This document shows, piece by piece, positions 20,592 to 22,504 of a stretch of 22,504 nucleotides of DNA. The position numbers and the translations under genes were made by a program. The notes below the pieces were generated by a model. It ran no database searches. It saw only the letters and a program-made list of their open reading frames with translations, and was not told the origin of the DNA. Within the stretch, counting starts at the first letter, position 1, and the number at the start of each line of letters is the position of its first letter. The DNA is taken from the NCBI GenBank assembly GCA_021432655.1, contig MU271193.1, positions 168,961-191,464 of the forward strand, in the 5' to 3' direction. Source of the DNA: Atractiella rhizophila (Eukaryota).

Positions 20592-21410
20592 TTAATTAAT
20601 GACCATTTTCAGACTGGGTGAGGAAGCCGTTCTTGTTAAAGGTGGCATGATACACCCGTCTGATGGAAGGGCCATGCGTTCCATGTTGTCGATAAGGCCT
20701 TAACCAATGTAAGCGGAGCACCTAGCCAAGAATTATTAAGCATTACCGATCACATCTCTCTTCTTCTTCGCACTTCTAATCCGTTCAATGCTATCCAGCA
20801 CATTCGGCGTCCTGTCCAACATCATATTCCGCCTTTTCGTTACAGGTGAACCCGCAAAAAGATCAAAGCGTTCAGTGCTCGGCACTGGAAGCGAACGTCT
20901 TGGCGTGGCTCCTTCCTGCTCTAAAAGGATCCCTACGGGCAAGTGTAAGGTAGGGAATGAAGAGAGGACACAACTCGCACCATTTACCCAACTTGCTCCA
21001 CGTATCTTGGATTTTTTGGGCTTTCGCTCCCGATCGAAAAGGTCGACGCCGTCAAAATCGCGTTTCGATGGGCTTTGAGTGGGATCCCTTGATGTTGGAA
21101 TTCTGAAAGGGACTGGTCTCTTAGGTGACGGTGTGTGAGCAGGATCTGTATTAGGTCTTTGCCTCAAGCCTTCGTTATTCAAATCCACAAACACCTTGAA
21201 CACGTCAGCTCGCTGGTTCAGTTCTTGCGTTTTCATGATTCCAGTGGGGCAAAACAGAAGCATTGGCATCCTAACCACTGCAGATAAAGGATGAAGCTCT
21301 TCTTTGTTACAACTTTAGGCTCAACGATCCGCGTCCAGGGACAAGGACACCCTTTGAACAAGGGCTCACGAAACAAGAAAGTTAAGGCAAAGTACGTCGC
21401 GAGTCCTCAT
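20592..21410 (-). CDS. Hypothetical basic, probably disordered protein with several S/T-P sites
   Basis: The 180-codon ORF 20736-21278 contains a plausible in-frame intron (GTGCGA...CCGTAG) and a plausible last exon ending in TAA at 20592. The first exon from ATG 21410 is tentative. No family recognised. Confidence 0.5.
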
Positions 21411-21664
21411 ACGTAAATGGCAGATCAATGGTATTGTTTTGATTATTGTTCAAGCTGGTACAAGCTATCAGGCTTCAACGCGTCCGCAGGGCATATCAAC
21501 CATATCTTCCACCCAATCCAACAAGTTGAATCTCACCTAAAATGCACCACCGAGTTCCCTGTCACAATCCAGAGCTAACACGGCATTCTTTATCACAACT
21601 CCGCTGCTTCCACTTCCTTCCCTCCGCTGAAGCTCTGTTCTTGTTGAAGCTGTTGGGACCAATT

Positions 21665-21676
21665 TTAGGGTTAGGG
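21665..21676 (+). promoter_or_regulatory. Interstitial telomeric motif TTAGGGTTAGGG (telo-box-like) in a divergent promoter
   Basis: Read directly, 65 nt upstream of ATG 21741. The regulatory role is inferred. Confidence 0.45.
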
Positions 21677-21740
21677 CTGCTATATTTTTCTTTCCTCCTC
21701 CTCCACCTGACACACCAATATCTTTCTACGCAGTGTCAAA

Positions 21741-22504
21741 ATGGGCGAAATCTCGAAATCTACGAAAGGATTGAAGTTTATGCAGCGGGCAGCAGCGAAG
21801 GCGGCGCAAGCTCAAACGTCAGCTTCAGTTCAAGCGTCTGCGAGTCCCACGACTATCCCTTCTACTTCTACGGCTCCCCAGCCTTTGAGAAAGAGCGCTG
21901 GAGAGCTGCCGAAGAAGTTGAAAGGAGAAAGTGGACTCGTTGATGCTGCGAGCTCGAAATTGGACTTTGAGCCGAGTGCTTTCGCTGAAAACGCGCAGAA
22001 AGAAACTAGGTTAGCATCTCTATTTCTTTTGATGAGCTCTGGGGAAAACACAGATTATGATGACTTCTTTTACATTTTTCTTATCCACATTAACAGAACT
22101 TCTTCTGAAGGATGTAGAGTATGCTATCTGAATATCTATCATTTCCTCCTAACTATGATCATGACTACGGTGAAGTATTGAACTGATCCTGTTGTGCTTC
22201 TAGGCGTCCCCAAAGGATGTTCATAAATGAATCATCATCGCTTTTGTTCCCATCAATCTCCTCCATATCCACTGGTGCAAGTATCGATGTTGTCGGCCGC
22301 CAAAAATTCGGCGCATCAATGACACCGGCAGAGGAGACAAGCACATCAGCAACTAACAAGCAAACGGATCCTTCATCCTCATCTTTCTACCTCCGCTCCG
22401 CCGCTAACAGCAAGATCCCCGTCCAAGTGCTTGCTAGAGGCGCTGACATCCCAAAAAAGAAGCGGAAAAAGAATAGTGGCGCTGGATCGAAGATTCAGTC
22501 CTCG
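21741..22504 (+). CDS. MPP6-like nuclear exosome cofactor (3' partial); exons 21741-22009, 22204->22504
   Basis: N-terminal ISKSTKGLKFMQRA resembles the MPP6 LS..L..MKFMQR motif. Exon 2 NESSSLLFP...GRQKFG resembles the MPP6 GR.SF motif; basic KKKRKK. GT-AG intron 22010-22203 is in the correct phase. Confidence 0.65.
22024..22113 (+). ncRNA. Candidate intronic box C/D snoRNA
   Basis: Box C TTGATGA 22029-22035, D' CAGA 22051-22054, C' ATGATGA 22057-22063, D CTGA 22105-22108. Flanks pair (TAGCAT-CTCTAT 22012-22023 with GTAGAG-T-ATGCTA 22114-22126). The host intron is 194 nt against a typical ~55 nt. Confidence 0.65.

Overview
Eukaryotic, intron-dense fungal DNA. Most introns are 45-90 nt with CTRAY-type branch points, which suggests a basidiomycete (inference). 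There is an 841-nt N gap at 11435-12275. Genes spliced by hand, in order: a secreted lysozyme/GH19-like protein (-); a short Zn2Cys6 transcription factor (+); two tandem DHA1-type MFS transporter paralogs (-) separated by a ~1.1-kb palindromic transposon-like element; casein kinase II beta, CKB1-type (+); a long Zn2Cys6 factor (-) whose 5' end is tandemly duplicated; CCDC25/Jlp2 (+); a hypothetical protein rich in CDK sites (-); and a partial MPP6-like gene (+). The most interesting observations are an exact ubiquitin C-terminal tail (VLRLRGG) in the CK2-beta N-terminal leader with no ubiquitin fold, a probable box C/D snoRNA in the MPP6-like intron, the foldback element in the MFS promoter, very long first introns and switched GC-AG donors in the MFS pair, and a duplicated truncated zinc-cluster mini-ORF. 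A 1-nt frameshift in conserved CK2-beta suggests indel errors in the assembly, so frameshifts and duplications need read-level checks.
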